A stretch of DNA of 55,602 nucleotides from the IMG/VR virus record IMGVR_UViG_2923286960_000003, positions 1 through 55,602 of that record; one strand, given 5' to 3'. Position 1 is the first letter of the stretch. Each line of letters starts with the position of its first letter. This stretch comes from a virus (lineage: Duplodnaviria; Heunggongvirae; Uroviricota; Caudoviricetes). Under the pieces are notes generated by a model. That model had not been told where the DNA came from, did no database searches, and saw only the letters and a list, made by a program, of their open reading frames with translations. Positions 17,356 through 27,070 of the stretch are shown piece after piece. Position numbers and translations under genes: made by a program.

Positions 17356-18402
17356 GTGCGGGTATTACTTCGACCTGTTCTGGTACCGGAACTCGGGCTG
17401 GTGATCGTTAAGCCGGGCCGTGAATCCATGCCGGTATTCCACAATACCCGGGTACTGGTGGAGCCGGAACCGAAAAGCATGCGTAATCTGCCGTCCGGGG
17501 TCGTTCCTGCCGTTCGCCAGCCGCTGGCGGAGGATAAATCATTACTGCCATTTTTCAGCGACGAACGAGTGATTCGTGCTGCTGGTGGCGCTGGCGCATT
17601 GTCTGATTGGTTACTGCGCCATGTTAAATCCTGCCAGTGGCCACACGGCGATTATCACCACAGTGAAACCGTCATTCACCGTTATGGTACCGGCGCAATG
17701 GTGTTGTGCTGGCACTGCGACAACCAGCTGCGCGACCAGACCTCCGAATCACTCGGGCAACTTGCTCACCAAAACCTGTCTGCATGGATGATTGACGTCA
17801 TACGCCATGCAATGAATGGCTCGCAGGAACGGGAATTATCGCTGGCTGAATTATCCTGGTGGGCGGTCCGCAATCAGGTGGCGGACGCGCTACCGGAAGC
17901 GGTATTACGTCGTTCGCTGGGGTTGCGTGCGGAAAAAATCCGCTCAATGTACCGTGAAAGCGACATCGTACCGGGAGAGCAGACCGCCACCAGCATACTG
18001 AAGCAGCGCACAAAAAATCTTGCGCCGCTGCCTCACGCCCACCAGCAAAACCCGCCACAGGAAGAGACGGTGGTCAGCATTGCCGTTGATCCTGAGTCTC
18101 CGGAATCTTTCATGAAACGACCTAAACGTCGCCGCTGGGTTAACGAGAAATACACACGCTGGGTGAAGACACAGCCGTGTGCGTGTTGTGGTAAGCCAGC
18201 CGACGATCCCCATCACCTGATTGGTCATGGTCAGGGCGGAATGGGGACAAAATCTCACGATATTTTCACGCTACCGCTGTGTCGGGAGCATCACAACGAG
18301 CTTCATGCGGATCCTCTGGCGTTCGAAGAAAAGCATGGTTCTCAGGTTGATTTAATTTTTCGTTTTCTTGATCACGCCTTTGCAACTGGCGTGCTTGGGT
18401 AA
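17356..18402 (+). CDS. DUF968 (YdfU-like) protein with C-terminal HNH-like Cys/His cluster
   Basis: GTG start with GGAGG RBS; C-terminal CACCGK...HHLIGHG...CREHHNELH. Confidence 0.6.
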   Translation: MRVLLRPVLVPELGLVIVKPGRESMPVFHNTRVLVEPEPKSMRNLPSGVVPAVRQPLAEDKSLLPFFSDERVIRAAGGAGALSDWLLRHVKSCQWPHGDYHHSETVIHRYGTGAMVLCWHCDNQLRDQTSESLGQLAHQNLSAWMIDVIRHAMNGSQERELSLAELSWWAVRNQVADALPEAVLRRSLGLRAEKIRSMYRESDIVPGEQTATSILKQRTKNLAPLPHAHQQNPPQEETVVSIAVDPESPESFMKRPKRRRWVNEKYTRWVKTQPCACCGKPADDPHHLIGHGQGGMGTKSHDIFTLPLCREHHNELHADPLAFEEKHGSQVDLIFRFLDHAFATGVLG

Positions 18403-18414
18403 AAGAGGTGACTG

Positions 18415-18789
18415 ATGCTCATAGATTTGGTTTTACCTTACCCGCCGACGGTGAACACTTACTGGCGACGCCGTGGCAGCACATATTTTATCTCGGAGGA
18501 GGGAAAGCGTTATCGCCGGGCTGTGGCGCTTATTGTTCGCCAGCAGCGGCTGAAATTAAGCCTGTCCGGAAGGCTGGCGATAAAGGTGATTGCAGAGCCA
18601 CCGGATAAGCGTCGTCGCGACCTGGACAATATCCTGAAAGCACCGCTGGATGCGCTGACGCATGCGGGAGTGTTAATGGACGATGAGCAGTTTGATGAAA
18701 TCAATATCGTTCGTGGTCAGCCAGTATCTGGTGGACGTATGGGGGTGAAGATTTACCCCATAATGCATGAAGAGCAGGTCAAAAAATGA
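18415..18789 (+). CDS. rusA: RusA Holliday junction resolvase
   Basis: 124 aa; LPYPPTVNTYW...DKRRRDLDNILKAPLDALTHAGVLMDD matches RusA signature. Confidence 0.85.
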   Translation: MLIDLVLPYPPTVNTYWRRRGSTYFISEEGKRYRRAVALIVRQQRLKLSLSGRLAIKVIAEPPDKRRRDLDNILKAPLDALTHAGVLMDDEQFDEINIVRGQPVSGGRMGVKIYPIMHEEQVKK

Positions 18790-19607
18790 AACTGGAAGAT
18801 TTACCGAAATACTACTCCCCAAAATCCCCTGGCCTGACCGATGCATCGGCCTCAACGTCAAAAGATGCGCTGAGTATCACTGATGTGATGGCCGCGCAGG
18901 GCATGACACAGAATCGGGCTGAGATGGGGTTTTCTGCGTTCCTGGGGAAAATGGGCATCAGTATGAATGACAGGGCGCGGGCAACAGAATTACTGGCAGA
19001 TTATGCACTCAGTCGGTGCGATCGTGTGGCGGCGTTGAGAAAACTTCCGGCAGAAATAAAACCGGTAGTGATGCGCATTATGGCTTCGTATGCGTTTGAA
19101 GATTATGCCCGTAGCGCGGCGAGCAAAAAACAGTGCCCCTGCTGTCACGGAAAAAAATTTATTGAAAGCGAGGTTTTTACAAACAAGATCCAGTATCCGG
19201 ATGGTAAGCCACCAGTGTGGGCAAAGTGCACAAAAGGCGTGTATCCGTCTTACTGGGAAGAATGGAAAAAAGTCAGGGAGGTGGTAAAAGTTGCCTGTCC
19301 GGAGTGTGGCGGAAAGGGTGAGGTTTCCACCGCCTGTAAGGATTGCCGTGGGCGTGGTGTCGCCATTCATCGTGAAGAGTCGGTAAAACGTGGTATGCCT
19401 GTTATCAGAGATTGCCAGCGTTGTGGTGGTCGTGGCTGTGAAAGGCTGCCATCAACGGAGGCATTTAATGCCATATGCAAAGTGACGAGTGCTATCACGC
19501 TTGATACGTGGAAAAAATCAGTGAAACGCTTTTACGATACGTTGGTGGTTCGGTTTGACATTGAAGAGGCATGGGCGGAGCGGCAGTTAAAGAGGGTAAC
19601 GCGATAG
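18786..19607 (+). CDS. late gene antitermination protein Q
   Basis: 273 aa, translationally coupled to rusA; multiple CxxC zinc-finger pairs; precedes terminator and late genes. Confidence 0.75.
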   Translation: MKLEDLPKYYSPKSPGLTDASASTSKDALSITDVMAAQGMTQNRAEMGFSAFLGKMGISMNDRARATELLADYALSRCDRVAALRKLPAEIKPVVMRIMASYAFEDYARSAASKKQCPCCHGKKFIESEVFTNKIQYPDGKPPVWAKCTKGVYPSYWEEWKKVREVVKVACPECGGKGEVSTACKDCRGRGVAIHREESVKRGMPVIRDCQRCGGRGCERLPSTEAFNAICKVTSAITLDTWKKSVKRFYDTLVVRFDIEEAWAERQLKRVTR

Positions 19608-19689
19608 TGTTGTTGATTTTTCCCGAATCTGTGGTAAATTTGCTCTAACGATGGGCGTTTTATGCCTGACGTTAGAAGATTTTTTACAC

Positions 19690-19711
19690 CCCGCCGCCTG
19701 GCGGGTTTTTT
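19690..19711 (+). terminator. tR'-like rho-independent terminator downstream of Q
   Basis: cccgccgcctggcgggtttttt. Confidence 0.6.
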
Positions 19712-19833
19712 ATGACTGAAATCGCGTCAGTACAGTAAACGCGCTGGTGGCGGTGAATACCTGTCTTTCAGCTTGCTGGCTTTTTCGACAAGAGTTATTG
19801 GTGTGTCACGTTAACCGGAAAAGGGAAAAAGAC

Positions 19834-20031
19834 ATGCTAAAACAGCAGGATATGACAGAAACCGCCAGAGTGGTGTTTAATGAATTAAGCGTTACCGAAC
19901 CGGCGACAGTCGGGGAGATAGCGCAGAATACTTACCTTTCACGCGAACGCTGCCAGTTAATACTGACCCAGCTGGTTATGGCGGGTCTGGCAGACTATCA
20001 GTTCGGTTGTTACAGACGCCTTCCGCAGTGA
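19834..20031 (+). CDS. small hypothetical protein (65 aa)
   Basis: internal ATG of ORF 19747-20031. Confidence 0.35.
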   Translation: MLKQQDMTETARVVFNELSVTEPATVGEIAQNTYLSRERCQLILTQLVMAGLADYQFGCYRRLPQ

Positions 20032-20181
20032 AGGCTTTTTTATTTGTGGTAAATGGGCGGCTGGTGGGTGTTAGGGGCACCCACCAGCCATCTGCTCATG
20101 CGTTGGGTTCACAAGCAAACCTCAGGCCCACTGCTTTGCGCAAAAGCAGAATGAGCCTATCAGAGACAGGCTTAATGATCC

Positions 20182-21231
20182 ATGCTTAATACTGTAAAAA
20201 TATCCAGTTGTGAGTTAATCAACGCCGACTGCCTGGAATTTATCCGGTCGTTACCCGAAAATTCTGTTGACCTGATAGTCACGGACCCGCCGTACTTTAA
20301 AGTGAAGCCTGAGGGCTGGGATAACCAGTGGAAGGGCGACGATGATTACCTGAAGTGGCTGGACCAGTGTCTGGCGCAGTTCTGGCGGGTGCTGAAACCT
20401 GCCGGAAGTCTTTACCTGTTCTGTGGTCATCGCCTGGCATCTGATATCGAAATCATGATGCGTGAACGCTTCAGTGTGCTGAACCATATTATCTGGGCGA
20501 AGCCGTCCGGACGCTGGAACGGATGCAACAAGGAAAGCCTGCGGGCGTATTTCCCCGCCACAGAGCGCATTCTGTTCGCGGAACATTATCAGGGGCCGTA
20601 TCGTCCGAAAGATGCCGGGTATGCGGCGAAGGGCAGTGCACTGAAACAGCATGTGATGGCCCCGCTGATTTCTTACTTTCGTGATGCGCGCGCGGCCCTG
20701 GGGATAACGGCAAAACAGATTGCAGATGCCACAGGAAAGAAAAACATGGTGTCGCACTGGTTCAGTGCCAGTCAGTGGCAGCTACCGAACGAAAGCGATT
20801 ATCTGAAATTACAGTCGCTGTTTGCCCGGGTGGCAGAAGAGAAACATCAGCGCGGTGAACTGGAAAAGCCCCACCACCAGCTGGTGGATACGTATACGTC
20901 ACTGAACCGGCAGTATGTGGAGCTGCAGAGTGAATATAAGCATCTGCGGCGGTATTTTGGTGTGACGGCGCAGGTGCCGTACACGGATGTGTGGACACAT
21001 AAACCGGTGCAGTTCTATCCCGGGAAACATCCGTGCGAAAAACCGGCAGAAATGCTGCAGCAGATAATCAGCGCAAGCAGTCGTCCGGGTGACCTGGTTG
21101 CAGATTTTTTTATGGGCTCAGGTTCAACGGTAAAAGCTGCACTGGCGCTCGGGCGTCGTGCGATTGGCGTTGAACTGGAGACCGGACGTTTTGAGCAGAC
21201 AGTCAGGGAAGTTCAGGATTTAATCGTTTGA
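20182..21231 (+). CDS. DNA methyltransferase (N6-adenine/N4-cytosine type, beta class), orphan
   Basis: DPPY motif (VTDPPYF) near N-terminus and FxGxG SAM motif (DFFMGSGST) near C-terminus; no adjacent restriction gene. Confidence 0.85.
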   Translation: MLNTVKISSCELINADCLEFIRSLPENSVDLIVTDPPYFKVKPEGWDNQWKGDDDYLKWLDQCLAQFWRVLKPAGSLYLFCGHRLASDIEIMMRERFSVLNHIIWAKPSGRWNGCNKESLRAYFPATERILFAEHYQGPYRPKDAGYAAKGSALKQHVMAPLISYFRDARAALGITAKQIADATGKKNMVSHWFSASQWQLPNESDYLKLQSLFARVAEEKHQRGELEKPHHQLVDTYTSLNRQYVELQSEYKHLRRYFGVTAQVPYTDVWTHKPVQFYPGKHPCEKPAEMLQQIISASSRPGDLVADFFMGSGSTVKAALALGRRAIGVELETGRFEQTVREVQDLIV

Positions 21232-21280
21232 AACGGATGAGATTGCAGAATTAATTACGCACCATTATTATTCTGCTTCC

Positions 21281-21356
21281 GGCCCTTTAGCTCAGTGGTG
21301 AGAGCGAGCGACTCATAATCGCCAGGTCGCTGGTTCAAATCCAGCAAGGGCCACCA
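21281..21356 (+). tRNA. tRNA with CAT anticodon (Met or Ile2/lysidine type)
   Basis: hand-folded cloverleaf: acceptor GGCCCTT/AAGGGCC, D-stem GCTC/GAGC, anticodon loop CTCATAA, T-stem GCTGG/CCAGC, encoded CCA. Confidence 0.8.
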
Positions 21357-21363
21357 TCACATA

Positions 21364-21440
21364 CCGCCATTAGCTCATCGGGATAGAGCGCCAGCCTTCG
21401 AAGCTGGCTGCGCGGGGTTCAAGTCCCCGATGGCGGTCCA
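21364..21440 (+). tRNA. tRNA-Arg (anticodon TCG by hand fold)
   Basis: acceptor CCGCCAT/ATGGCGG, D-arm TAGCTC...GAGC, anticodon loop CTTCGAA, T-stem CGGGG/CCCCG, CCA; C1-G72 and U73 are unusual. Confidence 0.65.
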
Positions 21441-21453
21441 TTATCTGTATCCT

Positions 21454-21510
21454 GCGTTGTTAGCTCAGCCGGACAGAGCAATTGCCTTCTAAGCAGCTGT
21501 GGTTGCACTC
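21454..21510 (+). pseudogene. 3'-truncated tRNA-Arg (TCT) remnant
   Basis: acceptor 5' half, D-arm and anticodon arm (loop CTTCTAA) intact, but no T-arm and no 3' acceptor complement downstream. Confidence 0.45.
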
Positions 21511-21696
21511 CTGTTGTTTCTGGTGGTGATGGTGGACTTCAGCAGCCGGATAATGTCGGTGCTGTCTGATGGTGTTTTGGTGGCGGGTGTGTGGTTGTTG
21601 CTTTCCCGTTGCTGAAAAAGAAAGCATCAGGCGATTAGCAGGGTATCAGTTACCCGTTGAAATTTTTAAATACCTCACAATTCCACAGCTTGATGA

Positions 21697-21893
21697 TTGT
21701 CTGGCTGCCGGAGAATTTGTTAAAAATTACATCGCATGGTGAATCCCCCTCAGCGGCGGGGCATCTGGCAAAGTGTATGATCCAGAGAACATGCAAATTC
21801 AGTAGACAGGCTGAATTTACCGGGAGGCCCCTGGCACCATGCGACAGACAGAAATTAGGCTATACTTCAGCCCCTCTCCGGAGGGGCTTTTCT
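21697..21893 (+). ncRNA. structured ncRNA-like element, copy 1
   Basis: promoter-like TTGTCT-17-TTAAAA, 8-bp closing helix GCATGGTG(21734)/CACCATGC(21835) enclosing several hairpins, then terminator agcccctctccggaggggcttttct. Confidence 0.4.
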
Positions 21894-22156
21894 GTGCAGG
21901 ATGTGTCACAGTTTCCTGAATTCTGAGTACTGTCCTGTTACTCAGGGTGCTATATTTTCTGACGTGATGAAAGTCTGCCGGAAGGCGGAACGTATCGGAA
22001 ATGACCCAGTAGAGAAAACGTTGACTCAGATACCGATGCTGAGTTACCGGGAAACCGGCATCACATGACCGCTATCCTTCCAGGCTCGCTCCGGCGGGCC
22101 TTTTTACTGCAGAAAACAGTTTTCCCGTAAAATGCCACGTTGCTCATAATTCAGGC

Positions 22157-22350
22157 TGGCGATTATTGTCTGGCCGGCGGGAAGTTTGTTAAAAAATTTC
22201 GCATGGTGAATCCCCCTGTGCGGAGGGGTAATCAGCGAGTAGGTATATGGGATAATCGCGGATTCAGGTGCTGGTACTGAATTCACCGGGAGGCACCCGG
22301 CACCATGCAATGGCACATAGCGCCACTCTCCAGCCCCTCTCCGGAGGGGC
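22157..22350 (+). ncRNA. structured ncRNA-like element, copy 2
   Basis: same architecture as copy 1 (closing helix 22192/22292; terminator 22324-22341); stems conserved, loop sequences diverged. Confidence 0.4.
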
Positions 22351-22386
22351 TGTTTATATTGATTTTGTCAGATGTGAGTAAACTGC

Positions 22387-22722
22387 TTATGGACTTTGTT
22401 GTTTTAGCCCATAAGGACATATTTGCAGAGTGCAACGGTTATTAAAGCATTCATTCAATACGTTATCTGTATTTGTAGGGCATTCCTGGCTGTTTTTGAT
22501 TAAATTCCAGAATGTTTTATTGAATGGTACTACGTTGTAAATGGTTACAGGTAGCACTTTGTTATTGAGCATGATGCCTGTGTGAGTCAGTGTAAATATA
22601 CTTTCAGGAGGTAAGAAAGCATCCGATTGATACCAGATTATTAATTTTATTTTACTCCATATGACTGAAAAAGATATTCCGCATGATGGCTGGATAACTG
22701 TATCAATCACAATCCACTTCAT
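22387..22722 (-). CDS. hypothetical protein (111 aa) in AT-rich island
   Basis: ORF with AAGGAAA RBS; very AT-rich; no recognisable motif. Confidence 0.3.
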   Translation of the reverse strand: MKWIVIDTVIQPSCGISFSVIWSKIKLIIWYQSDAFLPPESIFTLTHTGIMLNNKVLPVTIYNVVPFNKTFWNLIKNSQECPTNTDNVLNECFNNRCTLQICPYGLKQQSP

Positions 22723-22967
22723 TTAGTTTCCTTGTTTATGCCTTGCTGGTGATGTTCTGAAAAGTATAAATGATATTTTTGATTGTAAACCATAGAGCAG
22801 AATTATTTTTCTGATGTTGTTTATTGTTTATTTAAATGCAGGGTGGTTTATATCTCGTCTTGTAGTTTATCCATGCATATCTGCTTGATGATGAGGTTTT
22901 TATTTAAGGTATGGTTTTGTGTTTTTTCTGTATTACATGTCAGGTATTTTAAAGAATCATTTTTCAG

Positions 22968-24836
22968 ATGGTGGAAAGAACCATGGCATTTAAACACTAT
23001 GATGTTGTCAGGGCGGCGTCGCCGTCAGATCTTGCGGAAAAGCTGACACATAAACTGAAAGAGGGCTGGCAGCCGTTTGGTAGTCCGGTGGCCATAACCC
23101 CTTATACCCTGATGCAGGCGATTGCAGCAGAAGGTGATGTGGTCGTCAGTGGTGCAACTGAGCCGGAGTGGTACTACGTCATCGTACTGGCCGGGCAGTC
23201 CAATGCCATGGCTTACGGTGAAGGGCTTCCGCTGCCGGATTCATACGATGCTCCGGATCCGCGCATTAAACAGCTGGCGCGCCGCAGTACAGTGACGCCG
23301 GGTGGGGCTGCCTGCAGATATAACGATATTATTCCGGCCGACCACTGCCTGCATGATGTGCAGGATATGAGTACGCTGAATCATCCGAAGGCAGACCTGA
23401 GCAAAGGGCAGTACGGCTGTGTCGGCCAGGGCTTACATATTGCCAAAAAACTGCTTCCGTATATCCCGAATAACGCGGGGATCCTGCTGGTACCATGCTG
23501 TCGTGGTGGTTCGGCATTCACCCAGGGCGCGGAGGGGACATTCAGTGCGGACACGGGGGCCAGCCAGGATTCGGCACGCTGGGGTGTGGGTAAACCGTTA
23601 TATCAGGACCTGATTGCGCGCACTAAAGCTGCATTACAGAAGAACCCGAAAAATGTGTTGCTGGCGGTGTGCTGGATGCAGGGAGAGTTTGACATGAGCG
23701 CCGCCACCTACGCACAGCAACCTGCGCTGTTTACAGCCATGCTGAAGCAGTTTCGTGCTGACCTCACTGTGTTTAACGCGCAGTGTCATGGTGGCAGTGC
23801 TGCAGATGTGCCGTGGATTTGTGGTGACACGACGTATTACTGGAAAAATACATACGCTACCCAGTACGACACCGTGTACGGAGGGTATAAAAACAGGGAG
23901 AGTGAGGGCGTTTATTTTGTGCCCTTCATGACAGACGGTAACGGCGTCAATACCGCCACTAACGCACCGGCAGAAGATCCGGATATTCCGGCATCAGGAT
24001 ATTACGGTGCGGCATCGAGAACGAATGGAAACCAGGTATCATCAAACCGCCCGACACATTTCAGTTCATGGGCGCGCAGGAGCATTATTCCGGATCGTAT
24101 GGCAACTGCTATTCTGAACGTAGCCGGTCGCACCTCAGCCTTCATCAGTGGTAAGGCACCGGAAATCAAACCCTCGCCCGGCGGCGACACGCCATCGGGG
24201 CCGTCTGAAGATGCATCCGTACGCACAATCTCCCTGTTGCCGACAGCCGGAGATGCTGCTGCGCAGGGCTGGAGCATTAAGAATGGCGGAATTCAGTTGT
24301 CAGATGGTGTATTTAAGATCGCCAAGCAGAGCAATAAAGCCTGGTCCCTGACGCGCCCGGTGGATGACGCAGTCTCCCTGCTGACACGGGGTGGCAGACT
24401 GAGCTGTAAGTTTCGACTGTCAGGCGCACTGACCAACAACCAGTTCGGTCTGGGAATTTATCTGTATACCGATGTAGCGTTACCTGACGTCGTGGCGATG
24501 ACCGGGACTGGTAACCCGTTCCTGATGTCGTTCTTCACCCAGACCACAGACGGCAAACTGAATCTGATGCATCACAAGAAAGCCGGAAACACAAAGTTGG
24601 GCGAGTTCGGGAATTACAGTAACGACTGGCAGACGCTGGAGCTGGTGTTCACCGCCGGCAGTGCCACGGTTACTCCGAAACTGAATGGACTGGTTGGCCC
24701 GGCATTCCAGGTCATAAAAGACAGTCTGACACTGGGGCTGAATGCGCTGACGCTGACGGATGTTACAAAAAATGCAGCGTATGGCGTTGAGATAGAAAGT
24801 CTGGTGCTGGAGATAAATGCACCGGCATCATCATAA
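22968..24836 (+). CDS. prophage sialate O-acetylesterase, NanS-p-like (SASA/SGNH hydrolase)
   Basis: 622 aa; VLAGQSNAMAYGEGLP (GQSN block) and N-terminal KHYDVV segment; sits upstream of lysis genes as in Stx-type phages; start may be ATG 22983. Confidence 0.7.
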   Translation: MVERTMAFKHYDVVRAASPSDLAEKLTHKLKEGWQPFGSPVAITPYTLMQAIAAEGDVVVSGATEPEWYYVIVLAGQSNAMAYGEGLPLPDSYDAPDPRIKQLARRSTVTPGGAACRYNDIIPADHCLHDVQDMSTLNHPKADLSKGQYGCVGQGLHIAKKLLPYIPNNAGILLVPCCRGGSAFTQGAEGTFSADTGASQDSARWGVGKPLYQDLIARTKAALQKNPKNVLLAVCWMQGEFDMSAATYAQQPALFTAMLKQFRADLTVFNAQCHGGSAADVPWICGDTTYYWKNTYATQYDTVYGGYKNRESEGVYFVPFMTDGNGVNTATNAPAEDPDIPASGYYGAASRTNGNQVSSNRPTHFSSWARRSIIPDRMATAILNVAGRTSAFISGKAPEIKPSPGGDTPSGPSEDASVRTISLLPTAGDAAAQGWSIKNGGIQLSDGVFKIAKQSNKAWSLTRPVDDAVSLLTRGGRLSCKFRLSGALTNNQFGLGIYLYTDVALPDVVAMTGTGNPFLMSFFTQTTDGKLNLMHHKKAGNTKLGEFGNYSNDWQTLELVFTAGSATVTPKLNGLVGPAFQVIKDSLTLGLNALTLTDVTKNAAYGVEIESLVLEINAPASS

Positions 24837-24986
24837 AAAGTGAGCCAGTCAAATGGAAGGTATCGTTAAACTCACCGGTAGTGTCAGTGGGTCGTCTGAG
24901 ACGCCTGCATGAGTTATCAGAGCCATCAGTACTTAACTGGTGGCTTTTTTTATTGTTGTCAGCTTCCGGATAACGGGAGACGGGGT

Positions 24987-25202
24987 ATGTACCAGATGGA
25001 AAAAATCACAACAGGTGTGTCATACACCACGTCAGCGGTGGGAACGGGCTACTGGTTCCTGCAGTTGCTGGACAGGGTTTCCCCGTCTCAGTGGGCGGCA
25101 ATAGGCGTGCTGGGGAGTCTGCTGTTTGGGCTGCTGACATATCTGACTAACCTGTATTTCAAAATCAGAGAGGACCGTCGTAAGGCGGCACGGGGAGAGT
25201 AA
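24987..25202 (+). CDS. holin (class with dual-start motif MYQM)
   Basis: 71 aa from ATG 24987; two hydrophobic helices, charged C-terminus ([13 protein letters not shown]); directly upstream of endolysin. Confidence 0.75.
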   Translation: MYQMEKITTGVSYTTSAVGTGYWFLQLLDRVSPSQWAAIGVLGSLLFGLLTYLTNLYFKIREDRRKAARGE

Positions 25203-25206
25203 TTCA

Positions 25207-25551
25207 ATGACTCAAAACTATGAACTGATTGTGAAAGGGATCCGCAATTTTGAGAATAAAGTTACGGTAACTTTAGCGTTACGGGACAAAAAACGCTTTG
25301 ACGGTGAAATTTTTGACCTGGACATCTCGCTGGACCGTGTTGAAGGTGCCGCGCTGGAGTTTTATGAGGCAGCAGCCAGAAGGAGCATCAGACAGGTCTT
25401 CCTGGATGTTGCTGCCGGGTTATGTGAAGGGGATGAGCAGTCGCCGGAAAAGCGCCCCGTAATTTTAGAGGCGCAGGATGTGTTGATAACCTACAGAGGA
25501 AAACTACCGGGAATAATTACGGGTTCTCTGAAGAGTCCGCCGAAATGGTAA
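25207..25551 (+). CDS. hypothetical protein between holin and endolysin (YdfR-position)
   Basis: 114 aa ORF. Confidence 0.45.
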   Translation: MTQNYELIVKGIRNFENKVTVTLALRDKKRFDGEIFDLDISLDRVEGAALEFYEAAARRSIRQVFLDVAAGLCEGDEQSPEKRPVILEAQDVLITYRGKLPGIITGSLKSPPKW

Positions 25552-25789
25552 TTTTACCAGCATATTTTTCATCCAGTAATACAGCAAGCCGCCTGAAAGA
25601 GTCTTGTTGTTCCTGAGACCATTTGGGATTGCATGATTCAAACTGGATTGATGCCAGCGTTGATTGCATCTGTTCCCTTGGAATTGAGAATGCCAGATAT
25701 GAGAAGGCGACGGTAAGGGTATTCACGTCTTCCCGAAGCCTGGAAATGCTGTCGAGCAACTCCTGTAGAGAAATGGTGTTATTGTCCAT
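25517..25789 (-). CDS. hypothetical protein (90 aa), antisense within lysis cassette
   Basis: GAGGA RBS 8 nt upstream of ATG; fills a 340-bp plus-strand gap. Confidence 0.3.
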   Translation of the reverse strand: MDNNTISLQELLDSISRLREDVNTLTVAFSYLAFSIPREQMQSTLASIQFESCNPKWSQEQQDSFRRLAVLLDEKYAGKITISADSSENP

Positions 25790-25894
25790 AAATAATCCTC
25801 ATGATTGTATTGACCTGTTAGCAGCCTGAGGCAACAGGCTGGAACTGATAAACATATCCAGGGCTCAGAAACCGATAAATCCTGATAAATATCC

Positions 25895-26428
25895 ATGAAC
25901 GCAAAAATCAGATACGGCCTGTCGGCTGCCGTTCTGGCGCTGATTGCCGCTGGTGCGCCTGCGCCTGACATTCTCGACCAGTTTCTGGATGAAAAGGAAG
26001 GTAACCACACCACGGCATACCGTGATGGCGCGGGTATCTGGACCATCTGCCGCGGTGCCATCCTGGTGGATGGCAAACCTGTCGTTCCGGGCATGAAGTT
26101 GTCGAAGGAAAAATGCGACCGGGTTAACGCCATTGAGCGTGATAAGGCGCTGGCATGGGTGGAGAAAAACATCAAAGTGCCATTGAGCGAACCCCAGAAA
26201 GCGGGGATCGCGTCATTCTGTCCGTACAACATTGGTCCCGGTAAGTGTTTCCCGTCGACGTTTTATAAACGAATTAATGCAGGTGATCGCAGGGGAGCGT
26301 GTGAGGCGATTCGCTGGTGGATTAAGGACGGTGGCAGAGACTGCCGTATTCGTTCAAACAACTGCTACGGTCAGGTATCCCGTCGTGACCAGGAGAGCGC
26401 GCTGGCGTGCTGGGGTATCGACAGATAA
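25895..26428 (+). CDS. SAR endolysin (T4-type lysozyme, GH24)
   Basis: catalytic E-8aa-D-5aa-T (EGNHTTAYRDGAGIWT); N-terminal signal-anchor YGLSAAVLALIAAGA. Confidence 0.85.
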   Translation: MNAKIRYGLSAAVLALIAAGAPAPDILDQFLDEKEGNHTTAYRDGAGIWTICRGAILVDGKPVVPGMKLSKEKCDRVNAIERDKALAWVEKNIKVPLSEPQKAGIASFCPYNIGPGKCFPSTFYKRINAGDRRGACEAIRWWIKDGGRDCRIRSNNCYGQVSRRDQESALACWGIDR

Positions 26429-26517
26429 GCAGAATATTTTGCTGAAAAATGCGGTTTGCTTACACGGACGGATAACACGAAATCCTGCGAACTGACAAAA
26501 ACTAAGTGAATAAAAGT

Positions 26518-26556
26518 AAAAACCCCGTTTGTTGGCAGCAAGCGGGGTTTTGTTTT
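26518..26556 (+). terminator. rho-independent terminator after endolysin
   Basis: aaaaaccccgtttgttggcagcaagcggggttttgttttt. Confidence 0.5.
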
Positions 26557-27070
26557 TATGGCAGTAAGCTATGGGAGGCTGCCTTGATTGATTTTAGCAA
26601 ACTGATTAGGGAGTTGCGACTCATGATTAGTCAATTACCAAACTGGAAATTTTTGCTGGTCTGGAGCATCCCTTTTTTATGGGTAGTATCCCAGTTAATT
26701 GTGGCAATTAAGGGGTAGCTATGTCAGACAAACTCATAACGCCGGCAAAGGTCCTGTGTGTGATTGTCGGTATTTCATTTTCACTAATGCTGGTTGCTCT
26801 TTTTCTGTCCCTCGCCTGGGTGATGTTGTCTTCGTCGGGGCTGCTGGGGTGACAGTGACTGATGACATCAGCAGAGCGCTGGCTTTTGCTATTAAGTGGG
26901 TGGCTGTTGGTATTGCTGTGTCTCCGATGCTGTATGGGCTGGCAAAACTGGTCATTGCGCTGAAATCGTGAACTTTAAAAAGATGAGTGCTGAACTTATT
27001 CGGGCAATGGCATTTGCCATTCGTATTGTGGCCATTGCTGTTCTGGTCTGGGCAATCCGTTGGTGGTGAT

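Noticed and set aside
21657-21926. 89-aa plus-strand ORF overlapping structured element copy 1
   Set aside because: No RBS, spans the predicted hairpins and terminator, and has no counterpart in copy 2 despite conserved structure.
21500-22970. Possible stx toxin genes between the tRNAs and the NanS-p-like gene
   Set aside because: No ORF with a signal peptide or AB5-toxin-like features is present; the interval holds only the RNA-like elements and AT-rich DNA.
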